From the NCBI RefSeq assembly GCF_006345805.1, contig NC_043002.1:74524001-74588000 (forward strand): a stretch of DNA of 64,000 nt, written 5' to 3'. Below the pieces are notes generated by a model. It worked only from the letters and a program-made list of their open reading frames with translations. It was not told where the DNA came from and made no database searches. Below are positions 38,327 to 52,411 of the stretch, piece by piece (within the stretch, counting starts at the first letter, position 1; every line of letters starts with the position of its first letter). A program made the position numbers and the translations under genes. The DNA is from Octopus sinensis. Taxonomy: Eukaryota.

Positions 38327-40119
38327 CTGCAAATATAGATTTATAGCTTTCATTATAAAACAGACTTGTTCTATCTAGTCCTATAAAAAAATCGCTTAAT
38401 TTGTAAAACTATCCAACCATATTACTATTAAAATGAGAGAAAGAGGAAAGGAGAGAAATAAAAGATACAGAGTGAAATCACATAAAAAAACTATCATTTT
38501 TGTATGATTGAAAGGATTCTCTTTCAACCTTGAAGTGGAATTAGAATATAGATTCCTTTGTATAATAGTTTGCTTTATATATTATGAGATATATTATGAG
38601 ATATATATCACCATCATCATTTAATGTCCACCTTCCATGCTGGCATGGGTAGAATGGTTGGCCAGGCAGAAGCCTGCACCAGACGTCTGTGACTGTTTTG
38701 GCAGGATTTTTACAGCTGGATGCCCTTCCTGACACCAACCATTCAGCAGAGTGAACTGAGTGCTTTTTACATGGCACAAGCAATATCAGTTTTGGCAAGG
38801 TTTTTACAGCATATAATTTTTACATCCACTTTCTATGCTGGCATGAGCTGGGTGAGAGTCCAATAAGTCAGAAGACTGACCATGTCTCACTCCAGTGTTG
38901 TGTTTTGGCAAGGTTTCTACAGCTAGATGCCCTTCCTAATGCCAGCCACTTTAAGAGTGTACAGACTGCTTTTTTTCATGACACTAGCACTAGTGAGGTT
39001 GTCTTGTAAATCACTAGGTTAAAGAGTCCTCTTCCATGAGGGAGAGAACAGGAGATAGGGTGGTTGTTTTGACAGAATAGCACACCAATATACTCATATA
39101 ATGAAGAGATTCAATAATTGATGACAGCTGGAAACATTAAAGCCATTTGTTCTTGGTAGGAGGTCCCTTTTTATGGTAACCTGAAGCACACATTCCTTGC
39201 CACACCCGGTTGTAAAGCTAGGATATTACCAACCTAGTAAAACCAATATCAACATTTAAAACAGTTTCTCATGTAACCTGAGAGAACTGTTTGGTGCATG
39301 TCAACATGAAATAAAAACTTTACTGTTCATGATGATGGCGATTAACAATAATGATTGATGATAATGAAAGAAGGAAGCAATTATGGAGACATTAATGATG
39401 ACAACGATAGTGGTGGAGGAGGAGGTTTTGGTGGCAGCAGTAGTCGGGTCAATGTTATGATGATAATAACTGAAGGACTATCTTCATTCAGTAGATAATT
39501 CTAAATATCATTCTCACCATTATTTCTTCTTGTTGCAATAGAGTAGATCTGCAATGGAACATCTATCAACTTGTTTCATAACCTTGTGTCATCACATCTG
39601 CACAGCCAAACTTTTTATGGTTTGTTTTTACGACCTTTAACTAACCAAATTTTCATTGACCTACAACTTTAGTACATCAACTCATTGCCTGTTTTATAAC
39701 CTAGCATGTGTCTTCCATTTGCATCGTATACCTATATCAGTTACTTCTCCTATATACATTAACCTCTTTTAATGTCTAGATATTTTCTTAACTAATTTGT
39801 GTTCAACAATTTGCTCATGTTCCCAATACACATCTCAGAACACACTCCACTCATTTCAATCAGTACAAGATCGTTGCATTAACTGTTTCTGTTTATTGTT
39901 ATGAAGCATTACTTTTCACTAAGTAGGGATTTTCATCAGAATTTGAGCAAGACTAAAAGAACATTTAGGAGTTAGTTGATGCATAGTGTCAGATAAATAA
40001 AGTTTTCCAAAACTAGACACTGGTCTATAGCAGGTAACATTCTCAAATGATAAGGTACCTATTCTTGGGGTATAAAGAGCTATACCCCAAAACACAATGA
40101 AACAGCTGTAATCAATTTG

Positions 40120-42636
40120 AATTAACAGTCAATGAACAAGTAGCTCAATGCTTTATTCACATAACCATTTTAGTTGTAAAAGTGTGCTTACTGAACAGTT
40201 GGGAATAAAATTATACAAAAGTAGCAGACAATTCACAAGTTACCAAATTATACAATGTCATATTTATGTAGAAATAAACAGTGTACAATTAGAAAAATAG
40301 CAGAGAACAAAGGAACTTCTGGAATATCAAGAACTTCAAAAAACTCAAAGGGTCCAATCCTACCACACACAAACTAGTGGATAGACTACATTAGTCACTA
40401 AAATAATCAACTTTTCTTGCATCATCATCATTATTATTTAACATCCATTTTCCATGCTGCCATGGGTTGGATGGTTTGACAGGAGCTGGTCAGGCCAGGG
40501 GCCACACCAGGCTCTATCATCTGTTCTAGCATGGTCTCTGCAGCTAGATGCTCTTCCTAATGCGAACCACTTTACAGAGTGTACTGGGTGTTTTTTACAC
40601 AGCACCAGCACTGGTATCAATTCTGCTATGGTGGACAGGTCTTCTTGAGTACAACAAGGTGCCAGATATCTCAGTTCTTTGTCAAGCACCAGATATCTCA
40701 GGCATAAACTTCAATTTAAAATGAATAAAATACTTATGTGGAAGAGCCTAATTAACAGAGCACCATAACCCAACAAATGATCTACATAAATCAGTCAAAA
40801 ACCAAGTTATCATTTGAATAACTCCCATTACGTGTATGAAACAAGTTCTCATCTCATAAGTACAACACAAACAATGCAAATGTGATGACCATGATTAGAT
40901 AAAACGTATAAACGATGTTAAACGTGTATTAACATTATATTTCTATGTTCAGTAATAAAATATGATTTACAATATTCAAGTACACTTAACATTTACAGGT
41001 TCATTCATGTATTACACAGTACTTGAGAAAGAGCAAAACTTTGTCGTTTATCAAGTCTCAATAAAGCTAGAAACTTCTTCGAACAATGGAATCAACTGTA
41101 AAAAACACCATCCATTTGTTAGGTGCTTGTATTAACAATTTCATGACCATATTTCTAATGAAATATGCTTTTACTTGTTTCAATCATTGGATTGTGGTCA
41201 TGCTGGGGCACCTTTCTATGTCTGGTACTTATTTTACTGGTTTCTTTTGTTGAATCACTAATGTTACAGTGCCATAAACCAGTTGTCAAGGACAAACACA
41301 AGACTTAGATACGCTTATGAAATATATATATATGCATGCACACAATGGGCTTCCACACAGTTTCAACCAACTAAATTCACTCACAAAGCATTTTTTAACA
41401 CAGGGCTTATAGTAGTACATAGTTGCTCAAGGTGCTGCACACTAAGATTGAACCTGAAACCACATGGTCACAAAGCAAGCTTCTGAACCACAGAGCCATG
41501 CTTGAATTTCAATAATTTTGAGAATAATTAAACATTTGAAAGGTTTTAGTAAAACTAATTAACTTTATCATTATTAAGCTGTTGTTTGGAACATAAATAC
41601 TTTTTTCATAAAACATTAACATTTCAGTATAGACAATTGTGTATCACAGACTGTGAAGCAGTCTCATGTGGCTTACTACTGAAATAATCAAGACAACAAT
41701 CTACGTTAGAAACACAGAAGTAGGAGTGTAAATTTAGGCAAAAGACCTCACATTGGAAATGCTTGACTTATTTTAAGGCTTCTAAAGGTGTAAAAACTCA
41801 TAACTGTGGCATTTATTTGGGTTACTTCACAGTGAAACTTATAACAAATGACTTGAACAAATATTTAAATTAAGTGGTTGAAATAACTTTACCTGAATAT
41901 TTTGTAAATTCATCTCTTCTTCAGGATCAACATCTTCAGGGTCAGGGGGTGGTTGCCATTTGAACTTCTAAAATACAACAGTTTTAAAACCTCAGTCAAA
42001 TATAACCGTTATTAGAATTAACAAAAGGCAGTTGACAATTTCAAATATAAAAGTAGGAAATTTCTTTCAAATCAACTTTAATAAGCAAATTCACTGTGCG
42101 TTTTACAAAGAATTTACTGTACCTATCTAGCTAGACATACGCATATAATAGACATAATGCCAATGAGGAATCTACACAGTTACACAATTAACAGTCAATG
42201 AACAAGTAGCTCAATGCTTTATTCACATAACCATTTTAGTTGTAAAAGTGTGCTTCCTGAACTGTTGGGAATAAAATTATACAAAAGTAGAAGACAATTC
42301 ACAAGTTACCAAATTATACAATGTCATATTTATGTAGAAATAAACAGTGTACAATTAGAAAAACTAGCAGAGAACAAAGAAACTTCTGGAATATCAAGAA
42401 CTTCAAAAAAAATCACAGGGTCCAATCCTACCATACATAAACTAGTGGATAGACTACATTAGTCACTAAAATAATCAACTTTTCTTGCATTGTTATCATT
42501 ATCATTTAACATCCATTTTCCATGCTGTCATGGGTTGGATGGTTTGACAGGAGCTGGTCAGGCCAGAGGCCAGACCAGGTTCTATCATCTGTTCTAGCAT
42601 GGTCTCTACAGCTGGATGCTCTTCCTAATGTGAACC
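40120..42636. repeat. Direct duplication of about 450 bp (40120-40568 and 42186-42636) flanking exon 10
   Basis: Near-identical unique-looking AT-rich sequence plus the same SINE start in both copies. Confidence 0.92.
41893..41967 (-). CDS. NKTR: Exon 10 (75 nt): KFKWQPPPDPEDVDPEEEMNLQNIQ
   Basis: Acceptor gtattttag|A, donor CAG|gtaaag, phase 0-0. KWQPP plus acidic tract, as recalled for NKTR. Confidence 0.9.
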
Positions 42637-43390
42637 CCGTCTTAAAAAGAAGGAAAGACATTAGATAATACAGTCGTAAATACACTATGTCTGGGGGGAA
42701 GAGACTAAATGGTTACTGTTGCAATGTTTCTGTCATAGATCTGCTTAATCAGGGCTGATATGGAAACTAACAATAACATCAAAAATAAAATACTGCATTA
42801 TATTCTTATGAAGATACACAATTGTCTTTGCTTTAACTACAACTAGTTAATATTAACAAAAGTATATCTAAAGGCCAGTTTCAGTATTCAGTGTTTGGAT
42901 GCAGAAATTCATGAACAGAAAATAATCATAGTCTAAATCTGTTCTACAACACAAATCTAAAAACAACAATTTATAAGTAAAACAGTAAAGGATCAACAGT
43001 AGACAAATAAGATACTGAGCTAAAGACCAAAACATTAAATGTCTAAAATTGAATTATATCGTAATGTAATACAAGTCACAATAATCTACTTGCTTTTATA
43101 GTCAACCTAGAAACTTATTGGTCACAAAGGGTAGCTGGCTCTAACATTATACTGGATAGCAATTCATAAGCAACAAATACAATTGCTCTCTTTACTCTTT
43201 TACTTGTTTCAGTCATTTGACTGCGGCCAAGCTGGAGCACCACCTTTAGTCGCGCAAATCGATCCCACAACTTATTCTTTGTAAGCCTAGGATTTATTCT
43301 ATCGGTCTCTTTTGCCGAACCACTAAGTTACGGGGGTGTAAACACACCAGCATCGGTTGTCAAGCGACGTTGGAGGGGGGGTACAAACAT

Positions 43391-43425
<35 letters not shown>

Positions 43426-43683
43426 CATATACATACATATATACAACAGGCTTCTTTCAGTTTCCTTCTACCAAATGCACTCACAAGGCTTTGGTTGGCC
43501 TGAGGCTATAGTAGAAGGCACTTGCCTAAGGTGCCATGCAGTGGGACTGAACCCAGAACCATGTGGTTGATACGCAAGCTAGTTACCACACAGCCACTCT
43601 CCTACGCCTATTAGTTACCATACAGCCACTCCAATGCCTATCATTGTAAACTCTTTCTAACATTACAGATTCAAAATACTTAC

Positions 43684-44128
43684 TTCTAGTTTCTCTTTAG
43701 GTTTCTTTTCAGCACCAGATGTTGACTGACGAGAGTAATGCTTGGACTTGCTGGATTTAGATTCAGGAGTAGCATGTCGAGCCTGTGGGCCATCACCATC
43801 AGAATCCATATCAGAATCTGAGCAACCAGAAGAATTACTCATGTTTGAAGAAAGAGCAGTTGAATTAAGCTGACTTCGGTCATCAGGTTTAATCACAGCG
43901 GCCACTAATGGTTCTGGCTGATCCTCCAGGTTGTACTGAATCTTTCCACTAGTAGGTTCATTGGCAACTACAATGGGTGCTGCTGGCTGAAGTTGTGATA
44001 ATGATGGCAGTTCAGGAGTCAATGAATTTTTGGGTGATTTTGGAGTGACTGCACTAGCAGAATCCTTCTGCTCTGCATCGCTATCTTCATCAGTTTTAGG
44101 TAGTGTTTTATTTGGACTAAGATTATCA
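43684..44128 (-). CDS. NKTR: Exon 9 (445 nt): DNLSPNKTLPKTDEDSDAE...GAEKKPKEKLE
   Basis: Acceptor tttctttgcag|T, donor GAA|gtaagt, phase 2-0. Lies within ORF 43663..44211. Confidence 0.9.
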
Positions 44129-45884
44129 CTGCAAAGAAAGCAAGTAAAAAAAAAATTAATTAGTATAACTGTATACTTATGTACAAACACATCAAAGTAC
44201 CAATCAAACATTGGGGCAATTTATCAACTTCTAATCTGTGCCTACATGCAATGGGCTAACATGATACAGTAAAACCTAAAGCCTCACCCAAATGTGGTGT
44301 TCAGATGGCAGGTGAAGTGATATACCAGTTGGAATATAATACTAAAATCACATTATTATCTACCACTAACATCTTACTTTCCTACCAACACTACACAATC
44401 ATCCATAATACAAAAGAAAGCACATCTATTTTCAAAATCATCATCATCATCTTACATCTGCTTTTCTATTCTGGCATGGGTTGAATGAGTTACTTCCATT
44501 CAAGTCAGTTCTTATTCGAGCTCCAGATGAACAAGGGTCCACATTTTGCTTGTACATTCCATTTTGGCATGGTTTCTAGAGCTGGATACCCTTCCTAATG
44601 CCAACCACTTTACAAAATTTACTGGTTGTATTACATCATGGTACCAGTTCTAAAGAGGTTGTTAGGTGCCAAGCAAAACTAACAAGTTTTTTCTACTTTG
44701 TGTTGTTTTCATTCATTTGCTAACCACTTTACAGTGTACTGGCTGCATTTTATAGTGGCACCAGTTATAGAGGGGTCCTAGCAATGCTGAAGCATTCTCA
44801 CTACCTTGTACTAACTCTGCATGTTCAACGTAAAACAACCAAGAAAGAAGATAGAAATAATCTTTTTTCCATTGCCCTTCCTCTATCACACTAGTTTCTA
44901 TCCCTGTTTATTTCATCATGCTTGGTCTTCTAATGTTTAGTAATAAAATACGATTTACAATATTAAAGTACACTTAACATTTACAGGTCCATTCATGTAT
45001 TACACAGTACTTAAGAAAAACCAAACTTTATCATTTATCAAGTCTCAAAAAAGCTAGAAGTTTCTTTAAACAATGGAATCAAATGTAAACAACATCCCAT
45101 TTGTTAGGTACATTTGATAGCTACATGTTGATATTAACAAGGAGACTGAATTGAACAGATAAACTAGTGTGAGCAGTATGATTCGGGTAGAGGGAGTGAC
45201 AGGAAGGAGAGAAGGCAATGGAAGAGGAAATTATGAAATTTCATGAGAATAATAGGAGAGAATTATATATCAGTAATTAATGATAGATGGGGAGTAATGT
45301 ACAAGAGAGAGAAAGGGAAAGGGAGAAAGTGAGAGGGTAAGCATGATAGATGTCAATGAGTGATAAGAAAGGGAGCATGAAAAAGTGGATGTTGCTATGA
45401 TGATATGTCGTTCATTTTTACATGTTTTTCTATGCTAACATATTTTTTAAGGGGAGAGATTTTAGATGTTGGACTGATTACATAATCATACAATTGTTAT
45501 AACAGTTATTGTGTTGTGGCACTTAGGTAAAGAATAAGAACTATGTTGGCTCAAAATTGTCAGACCCAAACAACAGGATGCACAATATTTTACAGTTAAC
45601 AGTAGGAAGGCCAATAGTAATAACAAACAGATGACTAAAATGGTAAAAACAAGTTGCTACAACAACTCTTAAATAATATGTAAATCATTAAAATAAAATA
45701 GAGGATGAAAATGAAACACTATCTAAGAGGGTACAGAAGTTCTAACATAAAGACATATAAACATGTACAGGTAATAAAATATATCATCAGATTGAATTTA
45801 CATTAAAGCAAAATAGAAACTAACTTTTAAAAAATCAGTTGCTGCACTGATATTTTAGTTATCGAGGTAATTCACAGTACTCAC

Positions 45885-45983
45885 GTCATCAAGTTCTCTG
45901 TACTCGTAGATTTAGGTCTCCATGGTTTCTGCCCTGGTTTCCAGTGAGTAGGAGGTGGACTCTCTGACTTCTCTCGTTCCATT
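45885..45983 (-). CDS. NKTR: Exon 8 (99 nt): MEREKSESPPPTHWKPGQKPWRPKSTSTENLM
   Basis: Acceptor tttttatcag|A, donor AC|gtgagt, phase 2-2. WKPGQKPW is an NKTR-type motif. Confidence 0.93.
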
Positions 45984-47184
45984 CTGATAAAAAGTGAGAA
46001 TGGGAAAGAACTTAAACCTAGCGATAACAATTACATATGCATAACATATATCAAATAGAAAACAGTGCTTATATAATCAAAAATATAAGATACAATATAA
46101 TAATTATTCTCAAGACACAGGGATGGCTGAGTGGTTAAGAAATTCACTCCCCAACCACATGGTGTCATGTTCAGTATCCGTTATATATAGGAAATACACT
46201 TAACATTTACAGGTCCATTCATGTATTACACAGTACTTAAGAAAAACCACTGTGGTCTGGGTGCTTTTTATATGACACCAGCAAGGTTCCAAGTCCAAAT
46301 TCCAGGAGCAACAGAAATATGAGATTCATGACTAGGTCTCACAGATTTTCAAGAGTCCAGCTGTTTAGATCCGCTTATGAAAAATGCCTGTTCCGTTCAA
46401 CTCATTTATACTCTAATCCATGAAATTAAAATTCATTGGGGTTATTCTAACTACAGCCCTCTTATAATATATTAAGCTTGAAATATAAGAGTAAATTTTT
46501 GAGGAACATTATTTCAATTTCTACTATGTGGGGATTGGCATGCCAAAGAATAGACCCAATATTTACTCTGCATGTCATAAAGGGCAGCTAAGAAGTTGAG
46601 GTAGGATTTGTACTTCAACCTCATAAACTCTTACCAGCAATGACTACCCAAACAGACTCATAGGTTGGAGGGTTGTTGCCTGAGTGGTGCAAAAGCTTCA
46701 TCTGCCAGGGAAGGGGGGAAAATCACCAACAAACGGTGGATGCAGCAACACACTGTGACAGCACATGCCCCCATGCTGCTGCTACTATACCACTGTTATT
46801 TTGATTTGATCAACAAATTAATGTTCTTCATATACAGTTCTATTCCTATTAATAGTTCTAAGCTCCTGGCAATAATTGAGTGATCTACCCTTCACTGTGG
46901 ACAACGAAACCAAAACGTTCAATTGTCACTTTGCTTATTTCCATAAAAGGTTTATTTTTGGTTCATATAAACTTTTGAAAGTTTCTTCTCTTGCCCAACT
47001 CTAACAATGTATTTTCCTTTTCCTTAATTACAATTATTCTTAGCCCATCATCCCAAGTATGGAGCCTGTAGTGAGCTATAAAACAGAAATTAGTGTTTAC
47101 CCAAGTATAAATAAAGCAAAGAAAAATATAGAATAAAACAGAACCTTAAAACTTTAAACTGAATATATCAATGTAATAATTTAC

Positions 47185-47313
47185 CTTTGAAATGTAAGTA
47201 ACTGGTGTTGAAGTGCATCTCGGGAAAAAAGTTTCTGCCGCTTTTCAGCCACATTAGATCGCCTTCTTGGTGGACTGTGATGTCCACCAGAACTTGAATG
47301 TGAATATCTGCGA
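47185..47313 (-). CDS. NKTR: Exon 7 (129 nt): RRYSHSSSGGHHSPPRRRSNVAEKRQKLFSRDALQHQLLTFQ
   Basis: Acceptor ttttctaaag|T, donor AG|gtaaat, phase 2-2. Open reading, not listed in the ORF track. Confidence 0.88.
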
Positions 47314-49840
47314 CTTTAGAAAAAAAGAAAATATTTTTACAAATGCATGATGAAAGTTGCAGTTAGTTAAGTTGTTGGGGTGTTGACCAACAAAGCAAAG
47401 GATTAACTGTTTGTATTTCATCATCAGCACTTCACTGAGGTTTAGGAGTTTTATTTTTCAATGGCTCAGTTCAACTTGAAAATGAGTACCTTTCAGTTGA
47501 TAAGGGCAAATTCTAAGTCATGGACTTATATTAAAATGAAGAAATAAACTTTTCCCTGGACAAGAACAGAAATCTCTTAGTTAACACTCCTGGAAAACCA
47601 GAATATAAGACAGTCAACAAAGGGATCATTTCTTAAGCCTATTAGTTGGAGACCACTAATCCATAATTCACCAGAATGGCTTCCAAAACTACCTTTCTCC
47701 GAAAGAAATCAATTAACATAAAATTGTTCATCTTAGCACATGGAAAAATTAAAACAAATCTAAAAATTAATTGAATATGATTTTCATGACTAGATTTCCA
47801 TATTGAAGCAACACAGAAACTGTAATACGTAGTATACATTGCTCAAATGTTCAATATTCACTCAATGTCGCAATGCTTGAATTCATAAAACCAGAGAGAT
47901 GTAATAATCCAATAATGATTTATCAAATATTACTACAGTTATTACATAGTGAAACCTCTCTGGTTGTCGCAGTTAGAAACTGGTTCGAACTCGTGTTTTT
48001 ACACTTGAGCGGTTAGCAACAGGACACGTATCCAACTATAAAATCAACTGCTCCAACAAATCATAATTAATTAATATAAAAAAGAAATAGTGGGCAAAGC
48101 CAGTCACAGCATAGTAATACCAGTTTGTATTGCCAGGGAAAAGTTTAGAAGCAAAATGCATCAAAATGAAGGTTAAAACTCTGATCTGGTTACTGTCTAT
48201 TGAATAGAACCCAAGAAAGCTAATAAAAATAATGAAAATAAAACTATAAATGAGAAGACTTATATGGTATGGATAGTAATGGCAATGAAGAATGATAATG
48301 GAATAATGTTTTGTTCAAAATAAGCCCTTGGTCTGCATGTTTGAGAACATCAGGTCTATTGAGTATAAACCTATCTGCTTGTGATTCATACACTCAGCAT
48401 TGTAGACAATGTTTTTACTTTTCCTACTTGTTAAGAACGTACTATTTCAACACCTCAGATTCAAGCTGAGAACTGACTAAAGGGTCTTTCTCACATTCTT
48501 TTTATATCCTGAGGGAATTTTAGTAAGGCAAGCAAATAAGACGACTGGATTCTATCTTTTTAGATAAGCTAACTTATGGGGTAAGAAGTTTGCTTCACAA
48601 CCACATGGTTTTCAAGTCCAGTCCCATTGCATGGCACCTTGAGCAAGTGTCTTCTATTCAATTCCCAGGCTGACCAAAACCATGTGAGTGGATTTAGTAG
48701 ACAGAAACTGAAAGAAGCCAGCTGTATATGTGTATATATGTATGCATCCTTGTGTTTATCCCCCACCACTGTTTGACAACTGGTTTTGCTTTGTTAATAT
48801 CCTTGTAAGTTAGTGGTCTGGCAAAAAAAAACGTACTGAGGTCAATTTGTTCAACTACACTCTTGAAAGCAGTCTCCCAATGTGGCCACAGTCCAGAGAC
48901 AGAAACAAATAAAAGACAAAATAACAGTTTAGCAGAAACTATCAAGATCTTGCAATAAAACGTTAACTACAAATCCTTCAGTAAAATAAACAACCCTTAC
49001 TTTATAAAGACTATACCTTATTGATAAAAAACCGTGTAACAAAACTTTTATTTTTTTTCATTCATCATCATCATCGGACGGTTCGACTGGGGTCTGGGAA
49101 GCCAGGAGGCTGCACCAGGCTCCAGTCTGATCTGGCAGTGTTTCTACAGCTAGATGCCCTCCCTAACGCCAACCACTCCGTAAGTGTAGTGGGTGCTTTT
49201 CATGTGCCATCGGCACAGGGACCAGAGGAGGCTGGCAATGGCCACAATCGGTTGGTGCTTTTTATGTGCCGCCGGGATGGAAACCAGTCAAGGCGGCGCT
49301 GGCATTGGCATTGTCTTAGATTAGTGTTATTTCCTATTTGCTCCTATATTGAAATCAAAAAGAAACGACTACTATTCCCTTCAAAATGTGCTTTTGTGAC
49401 CTGGACATCAATGTTTTGAAACTGAACTATTTTCCATTACATTTCAGACAGCTTCAGCACTGAGTTGCTGAAGTAGAAATATTGTTATAGCAAATATTCT
49501 GCTCAATACCACAGATTTGCTCGTCACTTGCTTGAGCTCAACCACATGAGCATGTCCCTTAGTGGCTGACAATATGTGCATCTCTGATCATGAGCAGTAG
49601 TTGGGGAGAGGGCTTCTTTGGGCTTGGGTAAATGTAACAAAAGGAAAATTTGAAGGAAATATTAGTCATTTTTTGTACTTTTTAGGGGTAAACAAATAGG
49701 AAATAACAATTTCTACTCAAGGACAAAAATTGTGTTTACATAAATAAACTATTTTAAGATCTTTTTTCCTTTAGTTCCCCAGTCCCATATACAATTGTTT
49801 GATTCCTAAACACAGCCTAAATGTTTCAAAAACGTTTTAC

Positions 49841-50497
49841 CTGTGTTGGTGACGAGATGAACTCCTGTTTCTATGATGTGATGGAGATGAAGAAGAGGAC
49901 GAAGAAGAATGCTGCCGCTGAGAACGCCGTGTTGTTCTATTCCTCTTGTAGTGTTCAGGAGAGTTAGATCTTGGCCTTGACTTTGAAGTGGACCGATTCT
50001 TACGACTCCGATCAGCTGAATGGGATTTATGTGATCGAGATGGCTGTGCTGATTTCGACCATGACCGTCGGTCTCTGGCAACATGTGATTTGGAATGCGA
50101 ACGACTGCGTCTTCTGCTTTTGTTCTGATGCCTTGAATCATTGTGTGAGGACTTTGAAGAAGATCTACTGTTTCTACGAGTAGAACGCCGATATCGGCTG
50201 TTGTGTTTGTCAGTGTGATCTGGACCCACTTGCTGAGATGACCAGCTGCTGTGTCTTGATTTATTCTCTTCCGTCTTTTGTCCATGACTTCGCTGCTTTG
50301 ATGGTTTACTCCTCTTTCCACTACTTTCTCCATCATCTTTGCTGGCTTTTGTTTCATGATTCTCTTCCCCCTTTGTCTTTGCACTCTGAACTTCTACATC
50401 AGAATCCGAAGCATTTTTCCGGCTGCGTGATTTGGAACGAGATTCTCGATCCTTCGGAGACTTCCCTCCCCTTTTGTGCTTCTTATGCTTCTTGTGC
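49841..50497 (-). CDS. NKTR: Exon 6 (657 nt): HKKHKKHKRGGKSP... RS domain ...SSSRHQH
   Basis: Acceptor atttttag|G, donor AG|gtaaaa, phase 2-2. Matches ORF 49837..50547. Confidence 0.93.
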
Positions 50498-52411
50498 CTA
50501 AAAATAAAAAAATTATGATAAATTATTTGCAACAAAAACAAAATCATTTTGATAATTAAACCTTATGATTATTATTGACAGTGATGATGATGAGGAATGG
50601 TGATAATGATGATGATGGTGGTGATGATGATGATGGTGATGGAAACAATGAATGTGGCAATCATTTTTGAAATTCACTGATAATAATGCTGATAATGATG
50701 ACTCCACTGTTTTTATTATTTTCACAAAAGTCAACTCAGGCAAAGTTAGTTTTTTTATAATGTATTAGGAAAAATATTTGTGATAAAACAAGGAATTAAT
50801 ATGATATAAACCAACATTGGCTGTGTGGTCAAGAAGTTTGCTTTGCAACCATTGGGTTTCTGGTTCACTTCCATTGTGTGACCACCAAGTAAAGTGTTTT
50901 CTGTGATAGCCTCAGGTTGATCAATACCTTCAGTGAAACTGGTAGTCAGAAATTGTATGGAAGCTGGCTGCATATAAATGTGTGTGCACACATGCACAAG
51001 ACAGAGGGTGTGCTTTTCTATTTGCGTCTTGACATTATGTGTGAGCAAAAACAGCATCACCCCATGTGATATCGTTGTTTACATCTGCTGCAAAAAATGC
51101 CAAGCTGTTGAACAGGTTAATGTTGAAATGACCAGAGGAATAGGAGAATCATACTTGGAAACAAGGGATGGCAACAGAAAGGGCACCAAGTCATAGAAAA
51201 ACTTCATCAATAAGTCCTATGCAACCCATACAAGAATGGAAAAAGCAGAGATTGAAAACAATGGCAATGAGTAATGATAAACTGTCTTAATTTCCCTATT
51301 GTGTACCATTTAATATTCACCTGTTTTTTTTTTTTTGTTTTTTATAGTTTCCTAATGACAGTGATAAAAGATTTGTAAAATTAATTATGGCTGCCTCAAA
51401 TTACGTGCTTATTTTGGGGGAAAAAACCCCCCTGAAATATAACAGTATATTTATTTGTTTATCTTTTACTTGTTTCAGTCATTAGACTGCAGCCATGCTG
51501 GGGGCACCAACTTGAAAAATTTTAGCTGAATGAATCAACCCCAGTACTTCTTATATCAGTCTGTTATGTCAAACTGTTAAGTTATGGGGATGTAAACAAA
51601 CCAATACCAGTTGCCAAGTTGTGGTGGGGACCAAGTAAAGACACAAATATATACACACGACAGGCTTCTTTCAGTTTCTGTCTAACAAATCCTCTCACAA
51701 TCCTTTGGTCAGCCTGAGGTACTTGCCCAAGGTACCAAGCAGCAAGGCAACTGAACCCAGAACCTTATGCTTGAGAAGCAATTTCCTACCACACAGCTAC
51801 ACCTGCACCATAACCGATCAATTTACCAAAATATTTTAAATATACTCGAGTATTTCAAATTATTTAATTGTTATTTAACTAAATTAAAGCTATTTCTAGA
51901 ATTATGGTTTATTTAGGCATATATAAAAACTCAAGAAAAATGTACACATATCCTTATTTATGATGATGATCAATAATATATTTACCTTATTCATGATGAT
52001 GATCAATAATATATTTACATGTTTCTTGAATTTTTATATTCTCATTTGTCCTGTTATTTTGGATTAGTAATAAATAGTGTTATCATGATATTTCAATAAT
52101 TATTTCACTATTTGTGATTCCTTGGTTTGTTTTAGATATAACTAAGACCTTATTAGAACATGGCCATTAATTTGAAGGTCAAAAATTACTATGACGTATT
52201 GTAGTAAATATCAATCAAACGCTTCATTAAAATGTTATAAGTATTTAAAAGTAGCCCAAAGTTTTTAGATTAGACAAAATTGAGACTTCTAAGAAATATT
52301 TATTGCTTTTAAAAAAAGATACAATGAATGGTACAGTCTGTTCTGATAAGTGTAGTATTTTTTTTATTCATGGTAGGTAACTGCATAATTAGACAATATA
52401 TTAATGTTTAA

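Noticed and set aside
39380-39505. Possible alternative terminal exon (NYLLNEDSPSV...PPKPPPPPLSLSSLMSP*)
   Set aside because: Weak acceptor within drifting CAT/CCT low-complexity sequence, with no supporting motif.
47960-48040. GTTCGAAC B-box and 7-bp closing stem suggesting a tRNA
   Set aside because: No D arm, anticodon arm or T stem can be formed on either strand.
51950-52020. 33-bp tandem duplication in intron
   Set aside because: Ordinary slippage duplication in AT-rich sequence.
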